Part shown: piece after piece, positions 10,430 to 22,244 of the stretch | How positions within the stretch are numbered: the first letter of the stretch is position 1 | How the letters are laid out: every line of letters starts with the position of its first letter | Assembly (NCBI GenBank): GCA_965645245.1 | Contig: OZ287073.1 | Location: 496,001 to 560,000 of the forward strand | DNA length: 64,000 nucleotides | DNA from: Massalongia carnosa | Lineage: Eukaryota | Direction: 5' to 3' | Notes under the pieces: generated by a model | Told to the model about the DNA's origin: nothing | What the model saw: the letters and a program-made list of their open reading frames with translations, nothing else | Database searches by the model: none | Program-made: the position numbers and the translations under genes

Positions 10430-12756
10430 ACGTAACTCAATGGGCAACGGGACAAACTGGGCAACGGGACTAAGTAATTCCGAAATCATCACTTTTTGAC
10501 CACTCTAGATGATGAAGCCTTCATTACATACATTTTACATACAAATTCAGCTTCAGACATCACAGTAGATTATATTCATCATTTTGAAACTTTATAATCA
10601 TGGGTGTAGGTAAAAAAACCACCTCCCACAAGACCTCTATTCCTTCATGTTTTCACCCCACCTCTACCTATCAACAACGATTACAGTCAGCCTTTTTGGC
10701 CTGGAAACAGGCCGATGGAGCTCTTTCCATTACGAAGGCAGCTTTTCTATATGATGTTTCAAAGTCTACCCTTCATGCCCGCATTCAGGGTCGTCAATCA
10801 CGATTTACGTCTGATCAAACTAAACAACTGCTGACCCCCGAGGAGGAAGACGCTTTGAAGAACTGGGTTTTACAACTGTACGCCTGGGGCTGGCCTGCTA
10901 AAATAGCTCAGCTACGTCAGATGGCCATAGAATTACTACGAGCAAGGGGGAATCATACTGTGCTAGGAGTCAATTGGCAACAGTATTTTTTACATCGTCA
11001 TCCCGATCTGCAGGCTAAATACAGTCGCACACTAGATCAAGAACGATTATTCGCTGAGAATGAAGAGATATTTCAGCACTGGTTTGACCTTTTCCTCTCC
11101 ATGAAAGAAAAGCACGGAATTCTTGATGAAGACATCTACAACATGGACGAAAAGGGATTCATGATGGGGGTAGCTGCTAGTGCTAAAGTAGTAAATTCTA
11201 AGCACGAAAAGCAAGCCTTTTCAGCACAGTCAGGTAATCGAGAATGGGTGTCATTGATCGAGTCCATTTGTACTACCGGTCGAAGTTTACCTCTTTTCGT
11301 CATCTTCAAAAGAGTCAACAAGCAAAAGGCCTGGTACGATGCACTGGAGGACATTGACACTGAAATAGCTACCAGCGAAAACGGATGGACAGACAATGAA
11401 CTAGGACTTGATTGGTTGAAAAAGTGTTTTGAACCTGCTACTGCAAAATATCTACACGGTGAATATCGACTTCTTATAGTAGATGGTCATGCTTCCCATA
11501 TTTCTACCGAATTCATCAAGTTTTGCAACGAAAAGAAAATCATTCTTTTGTGTCTACCTCCACATACTACCCATATGTTGCAACCTCTGGACGTGAGTGT
11601 TTTTGGGCCCTTATCACGGGAGTACAAAAAACAATTGGAGGTCGTCACCCGATTCAACGTCTGTTCAGTGGACAAGGTGGATTTTCTGAAGATCATTCAA
11701 AAAGCAAGAAAAGAAGCAATCAACACAAAAAACGTGCTGACTGCATAGAGAGCAACCGGATTAGTACCATACAATCCGTCATCAGTTCTTCAAAAACTCA
11801 CTAATAAACAATCGGTGTTGCGAAAGACTGATAGCATCATCACCTCCACCACCACCACCACCACCACCACCACTACTACTACCACCACCACGAATATCAC
11901 CTCCTCTTATCCTAACACTCCGACAACCCTTCAAAACTCTCACGAAATTGAAAAGACACCTGCAAATATCGATCAAATAAATCAACTGATTCGTCGAATT
12001 CGAAATGATGAAGAATCAGACTCGACTCCCGTTCGAGCGCTAAATAAATTGATAAAAGGCGCTAAATATGCCTTCGCAGACTCTACCTTGCTACGTATCA
12101 CCAACAACGAGCTTCTTCAGGCCAATATACGGCGCCATTCGAGCCAATCGTAGCGGGGCTCACTATGGAGGAAAGGCTCGAGTTCTAAGCCTTGAAGACG
12201 TTCAACAAAGACAGCAATTGGCCAAAGATAAACAAAAGGTGAAAGACGAAAAAAAGAAGGCCGCTCAGCTAAAACGAGCTGAGCAGGACCTTATCAAAAC
12301 TTTCAGGGAAATGTGTCGATTTGGACCTGATTTACTAGGACAAACGTCTACTGCATCTTCGACGAAAAGTCCTCAGAAAAGTTCTCAGAAAGCACATGAT
12401 AGTTCACAAAGTAAGCCTATTTGTTCTTTTCAAAGACGATTGCTACCTCCTCCCGTGCTTCAACCAATGACAGAAGAGGTAGAGGGGGTGGAGGAGGTGA
12501 AGGTGAGTGGGGGGTAGAGGTGGAGGTAGAGGTGGTGGAGGAGGTGAAGAAGGTTCAAACTACCAGACGGGGTCGTATTGTACGTCAACCACGTAAAATG
12601 TGATTAAGTTGCATGCAGACAAAATATCAATTTCACGTCTAATAGACATTGAAGCCGAATTTGTATGTAAAACGGGTGAGAGGGAGGCTGTAGAAATTAA
12701 GCGAAATTTAGTTAGTCCCCGTTGCCCAGTTTGTCCCGTTGCCCAGTGAGTTACGT
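10430..12756 (+). mobile_element. Fot1/Pot2-like DNA transposon, full length
   Basis: TIRs ACGTAACTCAATGGGCAACGGGACAAACTGGGCAAC and CCCGTTGCCCAGTGAGTTACGT, with a TA TSD at both ends. Confidence 0.95.
10600..12603 (+). pseudogene. Fot1-type DDE transposase (HTH CENP-B plus DDE_1) with stops
   Basis: YNMDEKGF, LLIVDGHASH and LQPLDVSVFGPL. TAG at 11746 falls at an expected Trp, and the C-terminus is further disrupted. Confidence 0.9.
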
Positions 12757-12835
12757 TACTAACGCCGATCGCCACGTTGATAAGTCAAGGTTATTGATTA
12801 CCATTACTAAGCATGTGATTTGGGTAACCCAATGA

Positions 12836-12910
12836 AAACCCAACCCGAACCCAACCCAACCCGAACCCAACCCAACCCGAACCCAACCCAACCCGAACCC
12901 AACCCAACCC
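12836..12910. repeat. (AACCCGAACCCAACCC) x about 4, hAT subterminal repeat
   Basis: 16-bp tandem unit, complementary to the GGGTT repeats at 5925-5991. Confidence 0.8.
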
Positions 12911-12977
12911 AGGTAGGCTTTAGAAATTAAGCGAAATTTAGTTAGTCCCGTGGCCCAGTTTGTCCCGTTGCCTACGT
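12911..12977 (+). mobile_element. Orphan degenerate right end of the Fot1-like family
   Basis: Copy of 12682-12744 (tagaaattaagcgaaatttagttagtccc..ccagtttgtcccgttgcc) ending ACGT|TA. Confidence 0.8.
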
Positions 12978-13072
12978 TAGCTCTAGTTCGTACGCCAGGC
13001 GCCCTACTCTTTTCTTAATGAGAAAGGTTCCAGTTCGCTGATTTCTCAGCTTCTTATTAAGTTTGCCCGGTA

Positions 13073-15924
13073 ATCGTCGGCCTCGCTTAGCTGCCTCCAT
13101 ACGAGGTGTACCACCTCTAGTCGGGGAAAGCGGTCTGCGTAGGCAAGCGATCTGCGTAGTTTCAATTTCAGTTTACCACCTATTTTGCAGCTTTTTGCGA
13201 CACTTCTCGACCGCAACCTACGACCATTAGCTATTATTATTCATACCATAGATAGATATCAACTGCAAATCCTAACTGCTCATTTATCAACAGGGAATGC
13301 ATTATATTTATCCAATTTCATCACCTATTTACAACTCATTTGCGACGCCGTCTCATCATGATTTGCAACCTCCATTTGCTTTATTTTTAACCTCATTTGC
13401 AAATATTATTAATAAGTAGATATATATCAATTGCGCGTTCTAATAGTAACTCCTAGTCTGACGATAGCCCCCTTGATAAAAGTTAAACTGCTCATCCTCA
13501 TCACCCTCATCACCTTCATCATTCTCATCCTCATCACCCTCATCACCCTCATAATTCTCATTATTCTCATCAAAAGCTATGAAGTGTGTCTGCTCGCGAA
13601 TAGAGTCATCTTCTATAACTCGTAGACTATCATCACCTATAGTATCCGTGATGAATTCGATCTCATCCCTATCTTCATCTGTCTCATCTGCAGTCTGCCC
13701 TTTCTTCTTTCTTGCCGCCTCATTCCTCGCCTCCTCCATCTTCCAAATAGATTTTGTATTCTTCCATTCTGCTTCGGGATCTTCAATGGGAGTCAGCTTA
13801 TCAATAGGAATGATGACGCCTTGCCTATCGAGCTCCTTGACTTGTTTTTGCCGAACTCTTTCATCTTTTCGCGCAGCAACTCCCTTGATGTGTATAGCAT
13901 TACGTTCTATTCGCCATATTCTCATGTAATTGTTGTGCTCCTTTCTTCTTTCCTCTCGTTCTTCTTTTTCTTTCTTTTCGGCAATGACTCGTTCTGCGCC
14001 CTCCTTTGTGAGTCCTGACGCCTCCGAATAGGCAGATCTTATCCTCTTGCAAGAGGTTGCTTTGTGTAGCAATTCATCATTTCTCCTTTTGCGGATAACT
14101 TTCAGTTCGAAGTCGGTGAGATTTGATTTTGCAACAATCTGCTTCGTACTATCAACTAACTGTTCAAACTCGTTTGGCCGATTATCATCACTCCACTGCG
14201 TAACATTCTGAATTTTTGGCAACCAATCAATCAGCCCCCTTTCAACATCATCGAAGGTTTGAGGTTGAATTCGTGCGGGCAATACTGAAAGGGGGGATCC
14301 TCATTCGCGCGCTTCTGACCCGGCAGGTGGCCCCGCATCACCTGCTCACCCCGCAGCATTCGAACGGGCCCTTCAACCCCTGGGGCGGCGAATTTTTTAA
14401 GCTGTTTAATGCATAACCCCCTATTGATAGGCCACATTCCGGCCTTTCTAAAAGCAGATCGAATGGTGGAGCTTGTGAAAGTGTTGTCTCGTATTTTGGT
14501 GAGGTCTTGACAAAACCGAGTGAATGAATACTCGGTGTTGAACTCTGCAAGGACATCTTGGATAGCCTTATCATGCCAATGCTTATAGGGTTGAAATACA
14601 CCCACATCAAGGGGTTGCATACAATGAGTCAGATGTGGTATCAGGGGAAGAGGGCGAATGTGATTTTCATTGGCAAGCTTTATAAACTCAGGGGTGCAAT
14701 GAGTCCCATGATTATCCATGAGCATCAATTTCCACTGCTTTGTAGGCCCCGAGTTTGTATTCGCAATGAAATGCTTCAAAAATTCAATGGCTATTTCATC
14801 GGTGATGAACCCACTTTCTGATACTTGGACCAGAGTCCCCGTGGGCAGCCCTTCTTGGAACCAGTTCTGCATTATTCTACGACCTTGCATGATTAAAACG
14901 GGGGGGGGTGGTTGATGACCGGCGGCGTTGATGCTTTCGATTATGGTGAGAGATTTGCGATTTTCTGGACTGATCGAATAGAACTCCTTAATATCTGATG
15001 GAACTAGAATTTCATGACCCTTCATACACCCAACTCGAAATCCTGCTTCATCAAAGTTCCAGATATCTTGGGAACGAGTTATCCCCAACTCTGCAAGAAC
15101 CCGCTGATATCGATCAAACCATGATCTCACATCTGACTCCTGAGCCGCAGTATATCGAACAACTGCCAGCGGCTTGGTCTTTATCTTGTGCAGGCCATTG
15201 TCTTTCCACCATTGCCTAAACCACCGTGGACTTGGACCATTGAATTCAGCATCTTGAGCACGTTTCAGAGTCGTAATGGCAGCAAAAACCACTTTATGAG
15301 TAGGTTGAATGCCATACGCAATCAGAGATCGAATGAATTCGTGAATGGCTCTGACCTGATGCTCCTCCAGTATTTTGTTCTGCCCTCCAGTTTTCTTCGG
15401 CGGCGTCTTTTCACGTTCAATTGAACTATAAAGAGTGGTCTCGGCGAGGTTGAAGATTCGAGCAGCGCAAACGATGCTTTCCTTAGGGTTTTCTAATAAA
15501 AACTGCTTAGCATTTTGCACGCGCGTTGCAATAGAATCACTGGTTTTAATAAGGCTCTTATTCATGACGCTGCTGCTATTCATGATTGAGGTGGGGAGCG
15601 GTTGATGAAATAGGGAGAGAGTGATTGACGAAATAGGAGGCATGCAACTGATGCGGTCGCAATTGAATAAAGGTGAATATCCCGGTTAATCAATGTGTAG
15701 TTAGGATGTGCAGTTAATATCTATCTATGGTATGAATAATAACAGTTAACGGTCGTAGGTTGCGGTCGAGAAGTGGTGCAAAAAGCTGCAAAATAGGTTG
15801 TAAAATGGGTGAATTTGGACAAATCCTGAAATTGAAACTACGCAGATCGCTTGCCTACGCAGACCGCTTTCCCCGACTAGAGGTGGTACTCCTCGTATGG
15901 AGGCAGCTAAGCGAGGCCGACGAT
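13073..15924 (-). mobile_element. Pogo/Fot1-family transposon (copy 2) with about 200-bp TIRs
   Basis: Inverted repeats at 13073-13267 and 15709-15924 (ATCGTCGGCCTCGCTTAGCTGCC), TA TSD. Confidence 0.93.
13440..15643 (-). pseudogene. Pogo DDE transposase with a frameshift near 14290
   Basis: WNFDEAGF, LMDNHGTH and MQPLDVGVFQ. Two overlapping ORFs (14231-15643, 13440-14282) meet near a G run. Confidence 0.9.
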
Positions 15925-16330
15925 TAATTGATACCCATTGTGAAGGCGTAAATACGCATGGTCCCCTTCCTTCAATAACAAAGGCTTGTGTCTTGCATCG
16001 TAATAGATCTTGGCTTTTGCATTGGCAAAAGATGTGGCGTCTGCGGCCTATTGTGCATACTCGAGTCTTTTTTCGGCTATGTTTGGCTCTTTATCGGGAG
16101 CCAGTGTTGACAATATTTCTTTCACTTTGAATCCGTACATTATTTCATTGGGAGATAGTCCTGTGGATGACGTGGGGGAATTGTTCAGACTTGCTTGTAA
16201 AGCTGGAAGCGCTTTCACTACACTTTATATCGGGATTCTCTGTGATCAGGTATCGAAGCACTATCTCCACGGTTTGATTTGTTCTTTCGGATAAACCGTC
16301 CGTCTGTGGATGATATGCTGTACTTGTCAA

Positions 16331-16387
16331 TAGACCCTCTTCTCCTGCATCCCGCTGCCGTATGCCTGGTTGATCTTTTATTCAACA
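16331..16387 (+). repeat. 57-bp 3' fragment of the copia-2 LTR
   Basis: Near-identical to 29281-29337, ending TTCAACA. Confidence 0.85.
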
Positions 16388-18081
16388 GCCAGTATCTTGA
16401 TTCGGCGGCCGAAAGAGTTTTGCTAAGAAACAGGATGGGGTCTACGTCTTGTCTTTTCGGAGGTAGTGCGGGTATTGATACTCCGTCATTACCTCTGTCG
16501 CTTTTTGAATGATATACCATAACTCCTACTCCTTGCTTGGAGGTATCTACGTCGGCGTACAGTCTTCGTGTTGTGGAAAAATGAGTGAGCATGCTAGGCT
16601 TGCTGAATGCTTCTTGTAATTGAGAGTAGGCGTCTAGCTCTGCATCAGATGGGTCTGCGATTAGGGTTCGAAGGCTATAGTTCTTCCTAGCTTTACCCTT
16701 GTTGGAAGGAGAGTCTCTAAGAAGCATGGTCTTCCGAATTTGCAACGGTTCCGCCTTTTGTGCGTAGTATGGTACATAATCGCGAAGCCATCCGGTGAAT
16801 CCAAGATATCGCTCGAGATCTTTGAGCCTTTCTGGGAAACTCATGCCTGCTATTGCGGATAGTTTTTCGTTGTGAGGCCAAGACTATCCACCTTCTGTCC
16901 TAGAAGTGTGATGGTAGGGTATCCGAGGTACGTCTTAGAAGGCTTGATTGCCAGATTGATTTTGCTGAATAGTTCGAAAATCTGATTGAGATGGCGAATA
17001 TGCTCTTCCAAAGAGTGGCTGAATATGACTATATCATCTACGTATGCCCTGGCAAAAGCTCGATATGGCCTGAGAATCCCGTCGATTTGACGTTGCGCAT
17101 AGGCCGGGCTGTTTCTGTATCCCATTACTGCCACGTTCCATTGTTCTGATCCTTTATGAGATACTACTGTGAGTTTGTGGCGGCCCGATTTTTTTACTGG
17201 CCACTGATGGAAGAAACCTGCCCCGTCCATGACGCTGATGTAGGTGCAGCCCTGAATAGCGGTAACATCCGCCTGTAAAGGCATTGGGTAAGCATCGAAT
17301 TCGGATAACTTATTGAGCCCTCGAATATCTATGACGACGCGGCCCTTCCTTTCTAGAGTCTTCCCTGGGAGATGAATTGTTCGCCATACCACGAATACTG
17401 GGTATGCAAATGGTGTGGGTTTGGTTGTCCATTCCATCTTGCCACTCTTGTGCATCGCATCGAATTCTTTGTCAACTACCGCTCTATCCTCCGGTCCCAA
17501 GCGAAAGACTCTGGCTGGCATGGGCTTTGCGTCATTTACTGTTTTATTTTCCATCCAGTCCTTTTCTGGGATATTCACAACACCTCCTTTGTCCCTCCAT
17601 ATATCGTGATAGGCCTTTGCCACTGCAGAAAGCCTGTTGTATGTCGAAGAATCGCCGTATATGGTCTGTTACCCTTTCCTGCGCAGTTTCGTGTGGTTGG
17701 GATAAAACATGAGATTTGCCGCTGAATTCTGTCTGACCGTCTGTCTCTGGATAATGCGCTGACGAAAACTTGATTTTTATCCCGTATCTTTCGCAGACTC
17801 TTTTTCCACAAGTGTGCTGTTAGTTGACTTCCTCTATCGTTAACCGTGGATATAGGAAACCCATAAGAACGCACCAGCTTGCTGGGGCTAGTGAAGTTGT
17901 CACCGTGACGGGCGGCACCCGGCTGTGTGAGCTGGATAGAGCCAGACGCTAGCAGGGAGGTGAAAACTCTTCACCTCTTCCACCTCTTCCACCTCCATCA
18001 ACACTTATCATAGATAGTGTTTCGCTGTTTTTTCATATCCCCATCTCAAAGCAAACCTATTATCTACATCCAATTCACATC

Positions 18082-18417
18082 ATGAACACACGCAGTCAAA
18101 GCGGGCGAGAGAATCGCCAGAGGATTCCTCCCCGTGGTGCGACCGGCAGTCGGGGTCGAGGCAGAGGCACACGCGGCCGGGGAGACCGAGTCACACCTCA
18201 ATCAGACTCTAGAGAGGCCACAATAGAAAATGAGTCACGCCACTCCTCCCCCGAGGCAATCCCGCCTCCAGACCGTCGCGCGGCCCTCAGGGCGGAAGCC
18301 GAAAGGCTACGAGCCGAAGCAAAAGCCAGAGAAATCGAGCAAGAGGAGGCAGAGCTGCCAGGCCGAGGGACCGTGATTTTTTGTGGGCAGAGAATCCCGA
18401 CATGCATCGCACCTTGA
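18082..18417 (+). pseudogene. Possible N-terminal gag fragment of a gypsy element
   Basis: MNTRSQ start, RG-rich segment and short coiled coil downstream of a TGTCA start at 17898. No diagnostic domain. Confidence 0.35.
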
Positions 18418-18439
18418 ATCTTGCGCTCTTGACGACCTT

Positions 18440-19170
18440 TCAATCTGGCTGCACCCCTTCAACCTTTGTTGAATGACCAAGTAACAACGATTTCTCGCTC
18501 TGAGAATAGGCGGTAAACTCCAGATGAATTATCAGAAGCTGCTGATTTATCCATTCTAACTGGAATTCTTCGGCATGAAGCTGCTTTCGCACTCGTTCGC
18601 GATTGTCTTGCGCACTCTTGACATCAGACTCACAGATCTCTTTGTACCTCTTGAACTCGAGATATGTATTATCATTATCTATTGCAAGTTCCTTCCGAGC
18701 CTTACATAATCGTTTCAGTAGAAATCGTATCTCTTCGTTATATGTCTTAAACTGAAGGTAGGCCATTCCGCCATTCATTTCCTTCAGTTTTCCTCGTGAC
18801 AGTCCCAGTTCTAGTTCTCTCTGACAGTGATCAACTGACAGTTTTGCCCTGTTGATCTTCTCTTGTTGAAAGACCTCCAGCGTTTTCTCCAAATCTTGCT
18901 GTCCCCATGTCAACTCGCACTCCCACGTGTCTACTCGATCCTTAGCCATGCTGACTCACCAACGCTGATAGGCCTGGAAAGCTTTCCAATCACTAAGCCT
19001 TGATGAACTTCCTGGGCATCTTAGCTCTGATTGCTCCCGTGTTGTGTCCTACATGCTGTTCCCCTGCCGGCTTTCACAACGCTTCCGCTGCCAGTGTTGA
19101 AACCTTTCCCATGCATCTAGCTCTCGCTCGAACTGAAGATATACGTCGTCCCAATGATGCAACATTAGAC
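18440..19170 (-). pseudogene. Degenerate fungal coiled-coil gene (family often mislabelled ankyrin 2,3/unc44)
   Basis: FERELDAWERFQHWQRKR and LSDWKAFQAYQ motifs precede ORF 18440-18949 (LEWINQQL). Stops and deletions are present. Confidence 0.45.
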
Positions 19171-19321
19171 AAAGCCCATCGGTGAGTTCGGAATTACAGG
19201 CGCTAGGAACGGCAACATTAACAATTTCTGATATCTATAATATTGCTTGGGCGCGGTTAGGGCTGTAGCCTTCTCGTCGAACAGCTAGTTGATAGCGTCT
19301 GCTCTAAGCCTGAATAAGCTT

Positions 19322-19714
19322 TTATGATAACTGCATGAGACTAGCCTGAGGATTGAAAGAGCTACCGACATTTTTATTTACACTACGGCCTTCCTTCGGG
19401 CTTAGACTTGGGCGATAGACCAACCTGCAATTGCGGAGCGCCACGGATTGGAACATAGATAACGCTAGACGATCGCGCCCTGACGGCAGACCACAAATGT
19501 GAGCAAAGAAGATTCGGTAGTGATCCTCCAAGCAAGTCTCGTAAGCGGTCTGAGAGATGAATTTTCTCGGCCGAGTCTTCCGGCACTGTTTGATCTCGTC
19601 AAAGGTGAATTGACGTCGCCGTTTATACAAGTCTCGTTGACGGGCTTGTCGAAAGAGATAAAGAGTCTCATCCCCACGAAATAGGTGTGGCGAATAGGTG
19701 ATCAAATCCGTCAA
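19322..19714 (-). pseudogene. Possible C-terminal fragment of a DUF3435 (Starship captain / FluG-domain) protein
   Basis: HYRIFFAHICGLPSGRDRLALSMFQSVALRN..VYRPSLSPKEGR resembles, from recall, the ERDRLA..LF..LRS..YRPGL.P region of these proteins. No catalytic recombinase region is visible. Confidence 0.45.
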
Positions 19715-20148
19715 AAATAGGGTGAGTGGTTAATTACCCTATTCTAATAATCTGGATGGGGAATGCTCTGTGCTTGGTCCAAATAGGGGATGAGATCCCT
19801 CAGGGGAATGATCTGGATGGGAGAGCGCTCAGCACTTGGCTAGGGTAAGTGATCATGTCCCCTATCCTAATAATCTAGATAGGGATACTTGGCGCTTAGC
19901 TCAGATAGGAGAACAATTTAGATGAGCTAGGATTAGATTGGGGGCAACGTCCTTCAGGGGGATGGGGAGTGCTCAGCGTTTGAATGAAACAAGATATGTC
20001 ATCCCTGATAGAGCAGCAAGGCTATGAGCAATCCATACTTCATTAGGATATTTAAGGAGAAAACTGTCGGCGGTAATAGCTCTCACGCAAGTTAAAATGA
20101 GCAAGTTGCCAAATGTATCGCAAGGATTCCAACGAGAGAAAGCCTAGG

Positions 20149-22059
20149 TCAACCTTTACTCAACATGTCTATGAGCTTGATGTTTTGCTCCTTCTGCTCC
20201 TTCAGCAAATCCATGAGCTCCGCATGTCGTTCCTTGCTCTCCACTCTCTCTCTCTCTCTCTCTCTCTTCTCCTGGGTGAGCTCCTGTTGTAGCATGGCAA
20301 GCTCAGTATCCTTGTTCTGTCGCTTCTTCTTTGGCGGCAGTGTAGGCCTTTTGAAGCTCTCGTTATTCTGTGACGCAGGAGCACTTGTCGCCATTTCCTG
20401 CGAATCGGCAAATTCTGATTCCCCTTCAGCAGTGTTGGTGGATATGAATGATTCGGAATTTTGCTCAGGCAAATAGGGGATAGCATCTCGGATTCTTTTC
20501 AAATGAATTGGCGCGAAATGGTCGTACAGCTTGCGGACGAAGTTATAAGCCGTCCATCTATTTCCACCGTCGCGTGCGGTGAGATCGAAACTTTCGATGA
20601 GATGGCGATGGAAATATGTCCTGTCCTCCTTGATCAAAGGGTAATGGCCAAAGATCTTGACAAAAGTGTGATCATGGGAAATGGAGAAGAAAAGGATTTC
20701 CTGATGCAGTTGATCTATTCCAGATGCGGCTCCAGATTCCCGGCGGGTCTTCTCTCCCTGTTGATAGAGCTGAAGAATCGCATTAATTGCCGTAGCGGCA
20801 CTTCGAGCATTCTGGCGATCGGATTCATTGAGCCCGTTGGCGCCGCATTTCGCCTCGCAAGTGAAAAGTGGGAAAAACAAGTTTCCGGTAAACCTCGACG
20901 GTGTATCGGATGTATTATGGCGACTGTGAAGCTTGTCGATCTCCGATTTAGTGAATGCAGATGGGAGGAGACCCACTGTAAAATCTGGACATGGTATGGG
21001 ACCCGCAAGAGAGACGACGTTATTCCAGGGTATCTTAACCGTCTCTTTTAGATAGTTGACTTTTGATAAACCACGGAAAGAGAGAATTTCAGCTGATGGA
21101 ACGACATCTGGTTGAAGGTCTCGTACGACTCTTCCTTCACCCTCATTGCGTACACCGTTGATGACCTTCCAGAAAAGATTGCCCTCGAAAAGCGAGTTTT
21201 TAGGAATTTCGTAAGTGGCTTTCAGTAGGGTCTGGCATAGTTCTCGGGCGTCATGTCCAATTGCTGCCTCACCTATTTGTTGGTCTAAAATGATTCCCGC
21301 CGGCTCGAGAATCTCTTTTTCGTATGTTGAAGTATGGGCGGTTGGGTAGATGCCTTCTCTGACGCCTTGGCTGTAGCTCATTGCAGAAGATGACCTTTTT
21401 TTGGTCAGTTGTTGGCTCATATTGGGATCCGGTTGAAAAAGTTTCTCAGGCCAGCGTCCGGTCTTTATCCAATGCTCGATTGGAAGATCTTTTTCGCTGT
21501 CATTGTCGTTGATTTCCTCTTTACTTTCAGCAGCACAGTTTGGTGACGAGATTCGTGCCCGTTTTTCAATAGGCTCGTTTTGAACGTCTTCGGTGTTGTG
21601 CGATCGCTTTCGTTTTCGATAAGGTTTTCGGGTCGATTCGTGCCTGTTTTGAGAGCGGGGCTGTTTGATCTTTTCAGGGCGGGGATTTGGACTGGACTTT
21701 TGTGTCCACTCTGGAGAATTGACAACTTTGGGAGGGACAGGCGAGCTTTGTGGGACCTTCACTTGAGTTAGCTTCACAAAGCATTAAAGATGACGGACCT
21801 GCCTCTTTGCTGGGAGTATTGCTTGCTGATGGAGATGGGAGTGTGGGCTTTGGTTTTGTGGTTTGGCTTTTGGAGCCGGTATGCTGTTGTATTTGGTCCA
21901 AACGTGCGCTCCTGCAAAGAGGTTGTGGCCGTTTTTCGATGCCTTGAGGCCGCTTTCCTATTAATAGTCAGGCAAGCAGGCGAGGTATGTGAAGCATGTC
22001 TCACCTTGGGCTTGCTGCCGACTGTTTTTGGTACTCGATTTCGCTTGACCACGAGCCAT
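20149..22059 (-). CDS. DUF7924-like PD-(D/E)XK nuclease-fold protein, apparently intact
   Basis: 542-codon open frame with PDFTVG, FPLFTCEAK, DRQNARSA and FSISHD..FGHY plus a C-terminal coiled coil. Likely ATG at 22059 (MARGQAK) with two short 5' introns; the second intron's boundaries are uncertain. Confidence 0.75.
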
Positions 22060-22244
22060 GTCGAGTAGAAAGATGGGGGCACAACCGCCGAAGTCTTGGT
22101 AGCCTTGCCCTCGCCACAGCTAAACCTATTCAGATTAGTATATTATTAGTCTAAAGCTAAGCTAGTTTGGTGAATAGTTTAACTGTTTTGGGTTAAGACT
22201 CTGTTTAGCTAACTACGCATGCGCAGAATCCACAAAAAGCAGTC

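Larger units (their letters stand above)
5912..12910 (-). mobile_element. hAT-superfamily transposon, right terminus lost
   Basis: Left TIR TACGCCGCGGAATGGGTTGGGTT with GGGTT subterminal repeats. Mirror AACCC repeats at 12836-12910. A hAT transposase lies inside. Confidence 0.75.
12978..17880 (-). mobile_element. Degenerate Ty3/gypsy pol remnant (RT, RNase H, integrase) split by pogo copy 2
   Basis: RT VIDIRGLN..YVDD at 16850-17623, RNase H at 16390-16844, STAYHPQTDGLSER at 16145-16330. The integrase tail LRLHNGYQL|PGKLNKKL..AYELEL is continuous across 13073-15924. An extra integrase fragment at 17700-17874 is out of order. Confidence 0.85.

Noticed and set aside
12836..12910. Interstitial telomere
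   Set aside because: The unit is AACCC(G), not TAACCC, and it mirrors the hAT left subterminal repeats.
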